64,000 nt of DNA from Candidatus Eiseniibacteriota bacterium (GCA_965224245.1 OZ245046.1:4992001-5056000), one strand, 5' to 3'; counted from the first letter of the stretch, positions 47,507 to 57,306 are shown. Translations and numbers: made by a program. The notes: a model not told the origin generated them from the letters alone.

Positions 47507-48397
47507 TCACCAGCGCAGGATCCAGGCGATCGGTCCCAGGCCGGGCGGCGGCGGCGGGTTCGGGTCCAGGCGGTCGGGCTCTTGCTCCCCGTTCTTCTCG
47601 TCGCCCTTGAACAGAAGGTATCCGCCGACGCCCGCGGCGGCGACACCGGCCACGATCGCGACGGTCCTGAGGATGGAGGATCCATCCTCGTCGCTGGGCG
47701 TCACCAGCGTGACCGGGATCCTCTGCTCGCGCGCACCATCGATCGTGAACACGAGCGCGGCGGCGGCGGCGCCCACGACGTCGCTCGCGCCGGGTCCGGG
47801 CGTCACCCGCACCTCGGCGGCTCCCGACGCCGCGGTCCCGTTCCTCGGTGTCACCGAGAGCCAGGACGGAGGCGTCTGCAGCGACCAGGTGAACGCCCGA
47901 CCATCGGCCGACGCCAGCGTGAGCGTCCGGACGAGTTCGCCGTCCTCCCGATCACCGCGCAGCTCGAGGCTCTCGGGCGTGATCGTGACGCGGATGGGCC
48001 GGCTGGCGCGCGCCTCCTCGAGGAGCGAACGCTCGGTCATGCCGCCGGGCTCGGGCTGGAACGTGGGCAGCTCCTCCAGCAGCGCGCGGTACTCGGACAG
48101 GGCGCTCTCGCGATCACCCATCGATACGAAGATCTGCGCGCGGAGATCTCGAACCTCCGCGCGACACACCGGATCGAGCGACGAGAGATCCAGACCACGG
48201 ACGGTGTCGAGCGCGCGCTCGAACTGAGCTTCGTCGTAGAACAGCGAGACCGCGCGGGCGATGTCGGGGTCGCCGGCGGCGCAATCGTCGATGCGCGCGG
48301 CCGCCGCCGCCGTCGCGGACAGTGCGGCGACGCCGAGGGCGAGGCACGTGGTCTGCGCCCGCCGGCGGACGGTCGCGAGTCGTGTCGATGTCTGCAT
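47507..48397 (-). CDS. Exported TPR-like plus BACON-like protein with C-terminal hydrophobic Gly/Pro-rich tail
   Basis: Signal peptide; helical N-terminus; 'WS...PSWLSVTP..G'; 'VAIVAGVAAAGVGGYLL'. Confidence 0.75.
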   Translation of the reverse strand: MQTSTRLATVRRRAQTTCLALGVAALSATAAAAARIDDCAAGDPDIARAVSLFYDEAQFERALDTVRGLDLSSLDPVCRAEVRDLRAQIFVSMGDRESALSEYRALLEELPTFQPEPGGMTERSLLEEARASRPIRVTITPESLELRGDREDGELVRTLTLASADGRAFTWSLQTPPSWLSVTPRNGTAASGAAEVRVTPGPGASDVVGAAAAALVFTIDGAREQRIPVTLVTPSDEDGSSILRTVAIVAGVAAAGVGGYLLFKGDEKNGEQEPDRLDPNPPPPPGLGPIAWILRW

Positions 48398-48427
48398 GGC
48401 GACTCCCCGATCGGTGAGATCTCACCG

Positions 48428-51181
48428 TCAGTTGGCGATCATCCGGAACTCCACCATGACCGTATCACCCGGCGCCAGTCGCACGTCACCAAACTCGGGC
48501 TCCGACCGGTGGCCGTCGCGCGACACCGTGACGCGGTAGGGCCGCTCCCGCCACTCGAGCTCGAGGGCGGGCACGGGCGTGCGAATCGGTCCGCCGGCGC
48601 CGGTGAGCGGCTCACCATCGATCGACACCGGATCTCGTCCCCCGCTCACGATGCGGACGTAGCCGACGTCCGGCGTCGCGTCGAAGGTGATGGCCTCGAC
48701 GCCGCCGTCGACGGCGCGGACCGACCGCCTGGCCGGCGAGAACCGATGTCCCAGCTTGGAGACGGTGACGTCGATCTCGTCGTCCGTCGTCGTGACGTCT
48801 GCCCGGAACGGCAACCGAACGCTCTCGTAGAGTCGATCGCCGATCCGGACGTCGACGTCGGTGAGCCGGCCGGCGGCCACGCGAACGGTGAACGTCTTCT
48901 CGCGCGGGGTCGGCGGCACGTCCCGATCCCACGGCTTCTCGTCGAGCCGCACGTGGGTCGCGAAGTCCTGCCCGGGGTCGATGCGGATGGACGACGTCGA
49001 CGGCTCGAACCCGCTCTTGCCGACCTCGAGTCGGCCCTCCAGCCGCGCGTCGGTGTCGATCCGATAACGCTCGATGGGAGTGGTGCCCAGTGAGCGCCCG
49101 TCGAAGACGACGGAGGCGCCCGTCGGTGTGCTGGTCACGCTCAGGGTCACGTAGGTGCGGACGAGCTGGATCGGCGGTACGCGCGTGGCTCGACCCCCGA
49201 CGACGTCGATCGATCGCGTCTCCGCGCGGTAGCCGGCGTGCTCCGCTCGAACCGTGTACGTGCCGGCGGGCAGCGAGTCGACCGCACCGGCAGCCAGCGT
49301 GACGCCGGTCTCGACGATCCGAACGGTCGCGTCCCCCGGCGTCACCGCGACCAGGGCGATGGTGCCGACCGTGGAGGTGGGCGTCTGGATCTCCGCGTCG
49401 GGCCAGAGCGCCCAGACGCCGAGCAAGACGACCACGACCGCCGTGAGTGCGGCGGGGAGCACCCACCGGCGCCGAGCCGGCGCGGCCGGCGACCCGGGTG
49501 CCGTCCTCGCCGGCGCGACCACCGGCGTCGGCATCACCGGCGGTGCCGGCGACTCCGCGGTCGGACCCGGAGAGCTGCGCGACCTCGACGCGTCCGCCCC
49601 CGCGAGCGATCCCGATCCGGAGCGCGAGCCCGACCCCGGATCCGACCCGGACGCCGAATCCGTCCCGGACGCGAGACCCGTCCCCGTCGAGACGTCGGAC
49701 CCCGAATCGACACCGGTCCCGGACCCGAGATCCGCCCCCGACGTGACGTCGGACCCCGACGTGACGTCGGACCCCGACGTGACGTCGGACCCAGCTTCGA
49801 CATCCGACCCGGTGTCGCTCGTGCCCGGTTCCGATCCGGGTCGTGAGCCCGATCCGGGGTCGGACTCGGGGCGAGACGACGACGTCGGCGTCCTGGCCAC
49901 GATCGTCGGATCGTCGTCCGCCTCGGGTGTCGGCAGTGGGGTCGGCGTGAACTGCGTGGCGTCGTCGTCCACCGTCGTCGAGCGAGAGGCCGCACTGGAC
50001 CTGAGCGTGACGTCGGGGTCCACCTCCACGCCGGTATCGAGCAGGTCCCCGACGCCCGAGTCCTCGATGATGCGCGTCTCGTCCGGAGTGAGAACCTCGC
50101 GCAGGTCCTGAACGTTCTGCCGGCGCAGCATCTGCCGGATGTCGTTCATGACCGCCATTGCTTCCTCGTTGCCCTTGTCCACGTACAGCACGACGGTGAT
50201 CGCCTTGAGGGCGTCGATCGCCTTGCGCTCGCCGAACGCGATCAGGTTGTGCGCCTTGTACAGGTATCGCCTGGCCACCTGCCGCCGCATCGCGCCCGAG
50301 ACCCCGAGAGGATCGCGCACGAACTCCTCGAGCAGTCTCCGGCGGCGCGGGATGTTCAGTCCGTCGACGAAGCGTTCCATCCACTCCCGGACGTCGCCGG
50401 TATCCGCCGGCCGACCCGAGGGCTCCTTGGCCAGGAGGCAGTGCACGAACTCGCTCAGCTCGGGGGTCACGAGCGGATTCCGTTCGTCGAGCCGTACCGG
50501 CTCGTCCCGCACGATCGCGGTATGAATCGCGATGGCGGATCGCCCCTGGAACGGGCGCTGGTTCGCAAGGAGCTGGTACGCGATGACGCCGAACGCGAAC
50601 AGGTCGGCGCGGAAGTCGACCTCGTCCGACACGATCTGCTCGGGGGCCATGTAGGCCGGGGTGCCGAGACTCTGACCGGTCGACGTGACGTTCGAGACGT
50701 CGATCGTGGACTTGGCCAGGCCGAAGTCACCGATCTTGGCCACACCGTCGCGTGAGATGAGAATGTTCGAGGGCTTGAGATCGCGGTGCAGGACACCCCT
50801 CGCGTGCGCCACCTCGAGTCCGCGCACGATCTGGAGCAGGAGGAGCGATGCGACCTCGAGCGGCATCGGCGACACCGACTTGATCATCTGATCCAGCGTC
50901 GGTCCGTCGACGAACTCGAGCACCATGAACGGCGGCCGATTGGAGCGAGAGTACTCGATGACGCCGACGATGTTCTCGCTGTGGAGTCCCGCCGCCGATC
51001 GGGCTTCGATCTCGAAGCGCTTCAGGAACTCCTCGCCGTCCGCCAGGTGCGGGTGGATCGTCTTGACGGCGCGGACGGCACCGATCGACAGCTGCCGGGC
51101 CGCATAGACGGTCCCCATCGCGCCGTGATCGATGCGTCGGAGAATCTCGTAGCCGGGAATGTCGGGAAGGTCGTTGGACAT
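48428..51181 (-). CDS. Transmembrane Ser/Thr kinase with extracytoplasmic PEGA domains
   Basis: HRDLKPSN, DFG, GTPAYMAPEQ; TM; 'S.P.GA.V..DG..LG.TP'; start ATG 51181. Confidence 0.92.
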   Translation of the reverse strand: MSNDLPDIPGYEILRRIDHGAMGTVYAARQLSIGAVRAVKTIHPHLADGEEFLKRFEIEARSAAGLHSENIVGVIEYSRSNRPPFMVLEFVDGPTLDQMIKSVSPMPLEVASLLLLQIVRGLEVAHARGVLHRDLKPSNILISRDGVAKIGDFGLAKSTIDVSNVTSTGQSLGTPAYMAPEQIVSDEVDFRADLFAFGVIAYQLLANQRPFQGRSAIAIHTAIVRDEPVRLDERNPLVTPELSEFVHCLLAKEPSGRPADTGDVREWMERFVDGLNIPRRRRLLEEFVRDPLGVSGAMRRQVARRYLYKAHNLIAFGERKAIDALKAITVVLYVDKGNEEAMAVMNDIRQMLRRQNVQDLREVLTPDETRIIEDSGVGDLLDTGVEVDPDVTLRSSAASRSTTVDDDATQFTPTPLPTPEADDDPTIVARTPTSSSRPESDPGSGSRPGSEPGTSDTGSDVEAGSDVTSGSDVTSGSDVTSGADLGSGTGVDSGSDVSTGTGLASGTDSASGSDPGSGSRSGSGSLAGADASRSRSSPGPTAESPAPPVMPTPVVAPARTAPGSPAAPARRRWVLPAALTAVVVVLLGVWALWPDAEIQTPTSTVGTIALVAVTPGDATVRIVETGVTLAAGAVDSLPAGTYTVRAEHAGYRAETRSIDVVGGRATRVPPIQLVRTYVTLSVTSTPTGASVVFDGRSLGTTPIERYRIDTDARLEGRLEVGKSGFEPSTSSIRIDPGQDFATHVRLDEKPWDRDVPPTPREKTFTVRVAAGRLTDVDVRIGDRLYESVRLPFRADVTTTDDEIDVTVSKLGHRFSPARRSVRAVDGGVEAITFDATPDVGYVRIVSGGRDPVSIDGEPLTGAGGPIRTPVPALELEWRERPYRVTVSRDGHRSEPEFGDVRLAPGDTVMVEFRMIAN
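49736..49792. repeat. 18-bp tandem repeat, three copies (encodes GSDVTS)
   Basis: CCCCGACGTGACGTCGGA three perfect copies inside a Ser/Gly-rich linker. Confidence 0.9.
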
Positions 51182-51410
51182 GCGTGGAACATCTCGCGAC
51201 TGCCGTCTCGGGAGCGAGCCCGAACGCACGCGTGCGATCCGAGCTGACATACGATATCACATTGGGAGGGCGAGCGTTCCGGGGAGACCGGGGAATGGGC
51301 AGGGGCTCGTCGGAGGGGAAGCCGCTGCGGATGGAGACGACTGGGAGCCGGGATGAACGCGGCCCCACCCGCAGCGAAACGGGTGAAACGTGGGGATCGG
51401 CGACCGCGGA

Positions 51411-52355
51411 TCAGTCGACCACGGTCAGCCTCGCGGTCTCCGCGACGTGTGATCCAGCGACGCGGACGAAGTAGACGCCGGGCGCGAGCGCGTTGCCGCG
51501 CGAGTCCCGGACGTCCCAGTGCACCACGCCCCCGGGCGTCGACGTCTCGAAGCGGTTGACCAGGCGACCGGTCACGTCGAGCACGCGCACCGACACGGGT
51601 TCGTCCGACGCGAGCCCGAGCGAGATCGTCCCTCCCGCCCGCACCGGATTGGGTCCGAGCGTGATCGGCGTCGTCCCCGGCTGGTGGGCCGGGACCGCCA
51701 CGACGGTCTCGAACGTACCGGCGACGTAGAAGTCACCCGTGGCGATCGTGTCGGTCCCCTCGAAGGCCTGACCCCAGCCCGACGACGTCAGCGTCATGAT
51801 GTAGGTCTCGTACGGCTCCAGAACGAACGTCTCGTTCACGGTGAGCGACTGATCGGCTCCCGCAGGGGCCGCGTGGAGCATCGTCCCGTCGGGGCCGACC
51901 AGGATCAGCGTGACGCCCCCGTTCCCGCCCTGAGAGAGCCCTCCGCCGATCTGGAGAACGGTCGTCTCGGTCACCGTGAAGTCCATCCGGAACGCGCTCA
52001 GCCCGAACGCCTCGGCGAACATCTCGGGATTCGCCGGATCCGCCGTGGCGTCGCCGAAGCTGTTGCCGGCCAGGAGGAGCATGTTCCCGGTCAGCTCGGA
52101 GTGCTGGCTCGCCTGCGCGTTGCCCGAGCCGTCGGGAAGCGACAGGAACTTCTGGGCGGGTGGCCCGAAGAGTCCGCCCTCGGTGCTCTGATGCTGGTCG
52201 AAGTCGGTCAGGAAGTCGGTGCCGTCGAACAGGTTCACGAAGGCGGCGGTCTGGCGATCGAAGGCGAGCGGAACGACGTCGGCGCGTGCGGAGACGGACG
52301 CGACGACGCCCAGCAGGATCGCGACAGGCACACGGCGACAGAGCATCGAGGGCAT
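51411..52355 (-). CDS. Secreted beta-rich protein with FlgD-Ig/T9SS-like tail
   Basis: ATG 52355 with GGAGG; signal peptide ARA|D; tail 'GPNP..LDVTGRLV..WD.RDSRG..PGVYFVR'. Confidence 0.8.
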   Translation of the reverse strand: MPSMLCRRVPVAILLGVVASVSARADVVPLAFDRQTAAFVNLFDGTDFLTDFDQHQSTEGGLFGPPAQKFLSLPDGSGNAQASQHSELTGNMLLLAGNSFGDATADPANPEMFAEAFGLSAFRMDFTVTETTVLQIGGGLSQGGNGGVTLILVGPDGTMLHAAPAGADQSLTVNETFVLEPYETYIMTLTSSGWGQAFEGTDTIATGDFYVAGTFETVVAVPAHQPGTTPITLGPNPVRAGGTISLGLASDEPVSVRVLDVTGRLVNRFETSTPGGVVHWDVRDSRGNALAPGVYFVRVAGSHVAETARLTVVD

Positions 52356-52613
52356 GGTTCCTCCGGTTCGACACGGGTGGTCCGGCTCAGGTCTACCGTG
52401 GAGACGCGAGGTCGCGGGAGAATGATACCGCGTACCGGAAAGCACCGGCCGGGCCACCCCATCGGACCGCCCCTGGACCGGGGCGCCGGTGTGTCGAGTG
52501 CCGCCGGCGAGTGATCGCGGGATCGACGCTGGATGTCCATCGTGATATAGGGGTAAGAGATACGGGCAGTTCCGGCGCATCGGTGCCCGAGAGCCGGAGA
52601 GCGAGATCGAGAC

Positions 52614-53525
52614 ATGATGACCGAACTCGGCATTGGCCTCCTCGGCGTGGCGCTCGGCATCGCCGCCGGCCCCCGGCTGCGCGCGCTCGTGCGCCGCGTG
52701 GCCCGCGACCGCGGCGGCGACCCCACGACGCCGCCCGGCGGCTCCCAGCGCCGGATCCATCTGGTCGGGCCCCCGACCGACGAGAGCGAGCACCTGGACA
52801 AGATGGCGGCCATCGGCATGCTCGCCGCCGGGATCGCCCACGAGATCAAGACGCCGCTCGGCGCGGCCACGAGCATGCAGGAGACGCGAAAGCGCGCCCA
52901 GACGAAGCTCCTGGCCGCGGTGGAGAACGGCGACGACGAGACCGACGAGGACGGGTCGGCCAAGCTCCTCGGCATCATCGGCGACGCCGACGAGGTGATC
53001 GACACCGCACTCGAGCGCGTGGCCGCGATCGTGAACGAGCTGCGGCAGGTCGCCCGTCACGAGGCGTCCGAGCCCGAGCGGCTCGACGTCACCGAGCCCA
53101 TCGAGAGCGCGCTCACCCTGGCCTGGCACAAGCTGAAGGGACGGGTGACCATCGAGCGGGACTTCGCCCCCCGCGCGGACGTGATCGGGCATCCCGGCAA
53201 GCTGAGTCAGGTGTTCCTGAACCTCTTCGTGAACGCCGCGCAGGCCATCGAGGACTCGGGGACGCTTCGCATCACCGTGACGCGGGACGAGAACCGCGTC
53301 CGGGTCGACGTCACCGACACCGGTAGCGGGATCGATCCCTCCCGGCTGGATGCGATCTTCGAGATGGGCTTCACGACCAAGTCGGCCGCCGAGGGTACGG
53401 GTCTCGGTCTGGCGATCTCCCGCCGGATCGTCGAAGCGCACGGCGGGACGCTGTCGGTGTCGAGCGCACCGGGCACGGGATCCACGTTCACGGTCTCGCT
53501 CCCCGCCGCGGACTCGGTGGCGTGA
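52614..53525 (+). CDS. Histidine kinase with a single N-terminal TM and no evident sensor domain
   Basis: 'GIAHEIKTPLG', 'NLFVNAAQA', 'DTGSGI', 'FTTK..GTGLGL'. Confidence 0.9.
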   Translation: MMTELGIGLLGVALGIAAGPRLRALVRRVARDRGGDPTTPPGGSQRRIHLVGPPTDESEHLDKMAAIGMLAAGIAHEIKTPLGAATSMQETRKRAQTKLLAAVENGDDETDEDGSAKLLGIIGDADEVIDTALERVAAIVNELRQVARHEASEPERLDVTEPIESALTLAWHKLKGRVTIERDFAPRADVIGHPGKLSQVFLNLFVNAAQAIEDSGTLRITVTRDENRVRVDVTDTGSGIDPSRLDAIFEMGFTTKSAAEGTGLGLAISRRIVEAHGGTLSVSSAPGTGSTFTVSLPAADSVA

Positions 53526-56263
53526 GGGTCCTCGGCCGGATCTTCCCCGTTCGACCCGACGAGATCGCGCTCGTGACGCTGATGGCGGCGGGGTACGGGG
53601 TCGTCCTGATGACCCAGTACTTCCTGAAGCCGGCGCGCGACGCGATGTTCCTGATCGCGCTGAGCCCTTCGCAGCTCCCGATCGTGTTCATGTTGACCGC
53701 GCTGATCGCCGCGCCGGTCGCGTCGATCTTCTCCCGCGCGAGCCGGTCGACGTCGCTGCCGCGACTGGTCGTCCGGACGTTTCTGACGTTGACGGCGAGC
53801 ATCCTGGGGCTGCGTGCGCTGCTCTCGTTCGATTCCCCGTGGGTCTACTACCTCTTCTACGCATGGGTCGGCGTCTTCGGCGTGCTGTCGACGTCGCAGT
53901 TCTGGCTTCTGGCCGGCGCGGTGTTCGACGCCTCGCAGGCCAAGCGCCTGTTCACGTTGATCGGGGCCGTGGGCATCCTGGGGGCGATCCTGGGAGGTGA
54001 GGCCACGCGCTGGTGCGTCGAGTCGCTGGGCGTGTCCACGCCCGATCTCCTGTACGTGGCCGCCGGGCTGTGCGGCACGGTGACGCTTCTGATCCTCGCC
54101 GTCCGGCGGACGGCGCCGAGCGATCTCGGCCGGGCCCCGCGACGCGCCACCGACGACGGCGAGGACACCCGCGCAGGCCGGCTCTTCTCCACGATCAGGC
54201 GATCGCGGCACCTCCAGCTGACGGTGGGGATCATCGCCGCCGCGATCCTCACCGGCACGTTCGTGGACTACCTGTTCAAGACGCTGAGCTACGAGGCGAT
54301 CTCGAACGAGGACGGGCTCACCGCGTTTCTCGCGCGCTTCTACTCCACGGTGAACATGGCCTCGCTGCTCCTTCAGCTCCTGGCCACGAACGCGGTGCTT
54401 CGCCGCTTCGGGGCGGCCGGCGCGCTGGCCATCTTGCCGGTGCTGCTGACGCTCGGCGGGATCGGTGTGCTGATCGTGCCCTCCCTGATGGCGGTGAGCC
54501 TGCTGCGTGGCAGCGACATGGCGCTCAAGTACTCGCTGGACAAGACGGGACGGGAGCTGCTCTTCCTGCCGGTCCCGATCGAGCTCAAGCGCCGGACGAA
54601 GCTCTTCATCGATCTCTTCGTGGACAGGTGGTTCCGGGGCTTCGCCGGCCTCCTCTTGCTGGTGATCACGACCGCGCTGGGCGGTCGCTCGGTGGCGCTC
54701 TCCATCGTGATCGTCGTCGCGGCCGCGGTGTGGCTCGTGCTCGTCGTGCGCATGCGCTCGGAGTACCTCGAGTCGTTTCGGCGTGCGATCGAGCGCCGCG
54801 AGCTGGACCTGAGCGACGTCCCGCTGAACCTCCGCGAGAGCGCGGCGGTGAACTCGCTCCTGACCTCGCTGGACAGCGAGAACCCACGTCAGGTCGTCTA
54901 TGCGCTGGAGACGCTGCGATCGGCGGCGGGCGTCGATCTCGTGTCGCGGGTCGGTGCGCTCCTGTCGCATTCCACTCCGGACGTGCGCGCCGCGGCGTTG
55001 CGGGTGCTGATCGAGAAGGGTGACGGGAGCTGGCGGGCCACCGTTTCGGAGCTCCTGGAGGACCCGGATCCCGTGGTGGGTCGCGAGGCCGTTCGCTACC
55101 TCGTGGAGCACGGGGACGACGCGACCGAGCTGCTGGACGAGCTGCGCGGGGCCGGATCGCCCGCCGTCGTGGACGCGACGTGGGCCTACCTCGCGGCGTT
55201 CGGCTCCTCCGCGGTCTGCGACGCGCTATCGGACGACGCGCTCGAGGTGAGTATCGGCGCGGTCGGTCGCGCGCGCGACGTCCACGTCGCCTGCGTGCTC
55301 GGTCGCCGTACCCAGGCCGGCGACACGACCCGGCTCGAGACGCTCCTGGACCACACGGACCCCGACGTGGTTCGCGCGGTGCTCGCGAGCATCGGTCGCC
55401 GGCGACTCCTGTCGATGTACGCCCGGGTCGAGGCGGCGCTCGCACGGCGCGCGGTCCGGCCCGCGGCCCGCGAGACGCTGGAGGCGTTCGGCGCGGAGGC
55501 GGTCCCGCTGATCGCCGGGGGGCTGGCGGACCCCGCGCGGCCGCTGATCGTGCGCCGTTCGCTCGTGCGAGCCCTGGGCGAGATCGTTGAGCCCACGGCG
55601 GCCGACGCCCTCCTCGACGCGCTCCGGGATGGTGCGCCCGAGCTCCGGGGGGACGTGCTCCGCGCGCTGAACGTGCTCCGGACCGCCGATCCCCGTCTCG
55701 CGTTCGAGCCGCGGGTCATTCGCCAGGCGATCGATCGCGAGATCGCGCTCTCCGAAGCGGCGCTCACCACCGCGCCCCTGTTCGCGAGCCCGTCCAGCGA
55801 GCCCGAGCGGTTGTTCGCACGGGCGCTCGGGGAGCGCGCGGCCGCCGCGCGCGGCCGCGTGTTCGAGCTCCTGGCGCTCGAGTTCCCCGTCCGGGACATT
55901 CGCAACGCGGCGCTCGCCCTGATGAGCGAGTCCCGCGAGACGCGGGCCAACGCCCGGGAGTTCCTCGAGCAGCTGCTTCCAGTCGATCTCCGGGCACCCA
56001 TTCTGAGAGTCGCGCGCGGAGCCAGGCGCGTGGCGGAGCGCGACCCGAGTGCCGGCCGCCCCGCGCCCCGCGCGGCGGAGCGGGAGGCGGCGCTCTCGTT
56101 CTACCTGGCCGGCGAGGATGCCTGGCTGAAGAGCTGCGCGCTCCTGGTGAGCGCCGAGATGCCGACAGACGTGCTGCGCGAGCTGGGTCGGCGCGCCCGG
56201 TCCGATCCGTCTCCGATGGTCCGCGAGACGGCTGCTCTGGTGACGGCCGCGGGCTCGGAGTAG
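53522..56263 (+). CDS. Npt1/Npt2 (NTT/TLC)-family nucleotide transporter fused to HEAT repeats
   Basis: 'LKPARDAMF', 'SQFW.LA..FD..QAKRLF', 'ELLFLPVP..KRRTKLFID'; about 12 TM followed by HEAT repeats. Confidence 0.88.
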   Translation: MRVLGRIFPVRPDEIALVTLMAAGYGVVLMTQYFLKPARDAMFLIALSPSQLPIVFMLTALIAAPVASIFSRASRSTSLPRLVVRTFLTLTASILGLRALLSFDSPWVYYLFYAWVGVFGVLSTSQFWLLAGAVFDASQAKRLFTLIGAVGILGAILGGEATRWCVESLGVSTPDLLYVAAGLCGTVTLLILAVRRTAPSDLGRAPRRATDDGEDTRAGRLFSTIRRSRHLQLTVGIIAAAILTGTFVDYLFKTLSYEAISNEDGLTAFLARFYSTVNMASLLLQLLATNAVLRRFGAAGALAILPVLLTLGGIGVLIVPSLMAVSLLRGSDMALKYSLDKTGRELLFLPVPIELKRRTKLFIDLFVDRWFRGFAGLLLLVITTALGGRSVALSIVIVVAAAVWLVLVVRMRSEYLESFRRAIERRELDLSDVPLNLRESAAVNSLLTSLDSENPRQVVYALETLRSAAGVDLVSRVGALLSHSTPDVRAAALRVLIEKGDGSWRATVSELLEDPDPVVGREAVRYLVEHGDDATELLDELRGAGSPAVVDATWAYLAAFGSSAVCDALSDDALEVSIGAVGRARDVHVACVLGRRTQAGDTTRLETLLDHTDPDVVRAVLASIGRRRLLSMYARVEAALARRAVRPAARETLEAFGAEAVPLIAGGLADPARPLIVRRSLVRALGEIVEPTAADALLDALRDGAPELRGDVLRALNVLRTADPRLAFEPRVIRQAIDREIALSEAALTTAPLFASPSSEPERLFARALGERAAAARGRVFELLALEFPVRDIRNAALALMSESRETRANAREFLEQLLPVDLRAPILRVARGARRVAERDPSAGRPAPRAAEREAALSFYLAGEDAWLKSCALLVSAEMPTDVLRELGRRARSDPSPMVRETAALVTAAGSE

Positions 56264-56272
56264 CATCCCGCC

Positions 56273-56695
56273 ATGCTCACCGTGATCGAGAAGGTCATCC
56301 TGCTTCAGAACGTGGACCTGTTCCGCGAGGTGCCCACCGAGGAGCTGTCGCTGCTGGCGACCATCGCCGAGGAGCGTTCGTTCCTGGAGGGAGACATCAT
56401 CTTCCGGGAGAACGACGCGGCCAACGCGCTCTACCTAGTGATCGACGGTCGCGTGCGCCTCCACCAGGACACGCGCGAGATCTTCGTGGCCGGTCCGCGC
56501 GATCCGTTCGGGACCTGGGCGCTGTTCGACGACGAGCCTCGCGTGGTCACGGCCACCGTCATCGCCGACGCCCGGCTCCTTCGCGTGGACCGGCGTGACT
56601 TCGTGGATCTCCTGGCCGACAACGTCCAGATCGCACAGTCCTTGATCCGAACGGTCGCGCGCCGACTACGCGCCTTGGCGGGCCGCGTTTCGTGA
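56273..56695 (+). CDS. Stand-alone cyclic-nucleotide-binding domain protein
   Basis: 'EKVILLQ.V.LF', 'IFRE.D..LYL..DG.V', 'FG.WALFDDEPR'. Confidence 0.9.
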   Translation: MLTVIEKVILLQNVDLFREVPTEELSLLATIAEERSFLEGDIIFRENDAANALYLVIDGRVRLHQDTREIFVAGPRDPFGTWALFDDEPRVVTATVIADARLLRVDRRDFVDLLADNVQIAQSLIRTVARRLRALAGRVS

Positions 56696-56713
56696 GCGCC
56701 GCCGGATCCGGTG

Positions 56714-56722
56714 TGGTAGAGT
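56714..56722 (+). promoter_or_regulatory. Extended -10 (TGgTAGAGT), possible internal promoter
   Basis: TGnTAnnnT in the gap before the response regulator. Confidence 0.35.
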
Positions 56723-56818
56723 CTCCGCTCGAAACCAGCTGCATCAACCAGCAGCCGGACACGAAGGCCCCAGGCGGATCAGCCACGGCGCAGGTCGCGG
56801 TGGCCCACGACGAGGCCC

Positions 56819-57295
56819 ATGACCACCGACAGCTCGTTGATCGTCGTCGTCGACGACGAAGACATGGTGCTGACGAGCCTCGAGTCGTTCCTGTCGCTCG
56901 AGACCGAGTACGACGTCCACACGTTCCGATCCCCGGACGCCGCGCTCGCGTTCGCGCGCGAGCACGAGGTCGACCTCGTGATGTCCGACTACCTGATGCC
57001 GGAGATGGACGGGATCACCCTCCTCGGGAAGTTCAAGGAGATCCATCCGTCGGCGCCTCGCATTCTCCTCACCGGATACGCCGACAAGGAGAACGCGATC
57101 AAGGCGATCAACGAGGTCGGGCTGTTTCAGTACATCGAAAAGCCGTGGAACAACGCCGATCTCCTGATCATCCTCCGCAACGGACTCGAGCGACACCGTC
57201 TGATGAAGACGCTGGACGAGAAGATCGACGAGATCAATCGCGCGTACGGACAGCTTCAGGGCCTCCAGAAAGACATCCTGAAGACGTTCATCTAG
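56819..57295 (+). CDS. Response regulator (REC plus short coiled coil)
   Basis: VVDDE, SDYLMP, LTGY, KPW all intact. Confidence 0.92.
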   Translation: MTTDSSLIVVVDDEDMVLTSLESFLSLETEYDVHTFRSPDAALAFAREHEVDLVMSDYLMPEMDGITLLGKFKEIHPSAPRILLTGYADKENAIKAINEVGLFQYIEKPWNNADLLIILRNGLERHRLMKTLDEKIDEINRAYGQLQGLQKDILKTFI

Positions 57296-57306
57296 GAGTC
57301 ACGGCC

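Noticed and set aside
49736-49792. Possible CRISPR-like repeat
   Set aside because: No spacers, an in-frame coding tandem repeat, and no cas genes.
56692-57306. GTG overlapping the cNMP gene stop opens a frame that runs across the response regulator into the porin
   Set aside because: The extension is low-complexity, overlaps a genuine gene in another frame and would bury the signal peptide, so it is probably chance.
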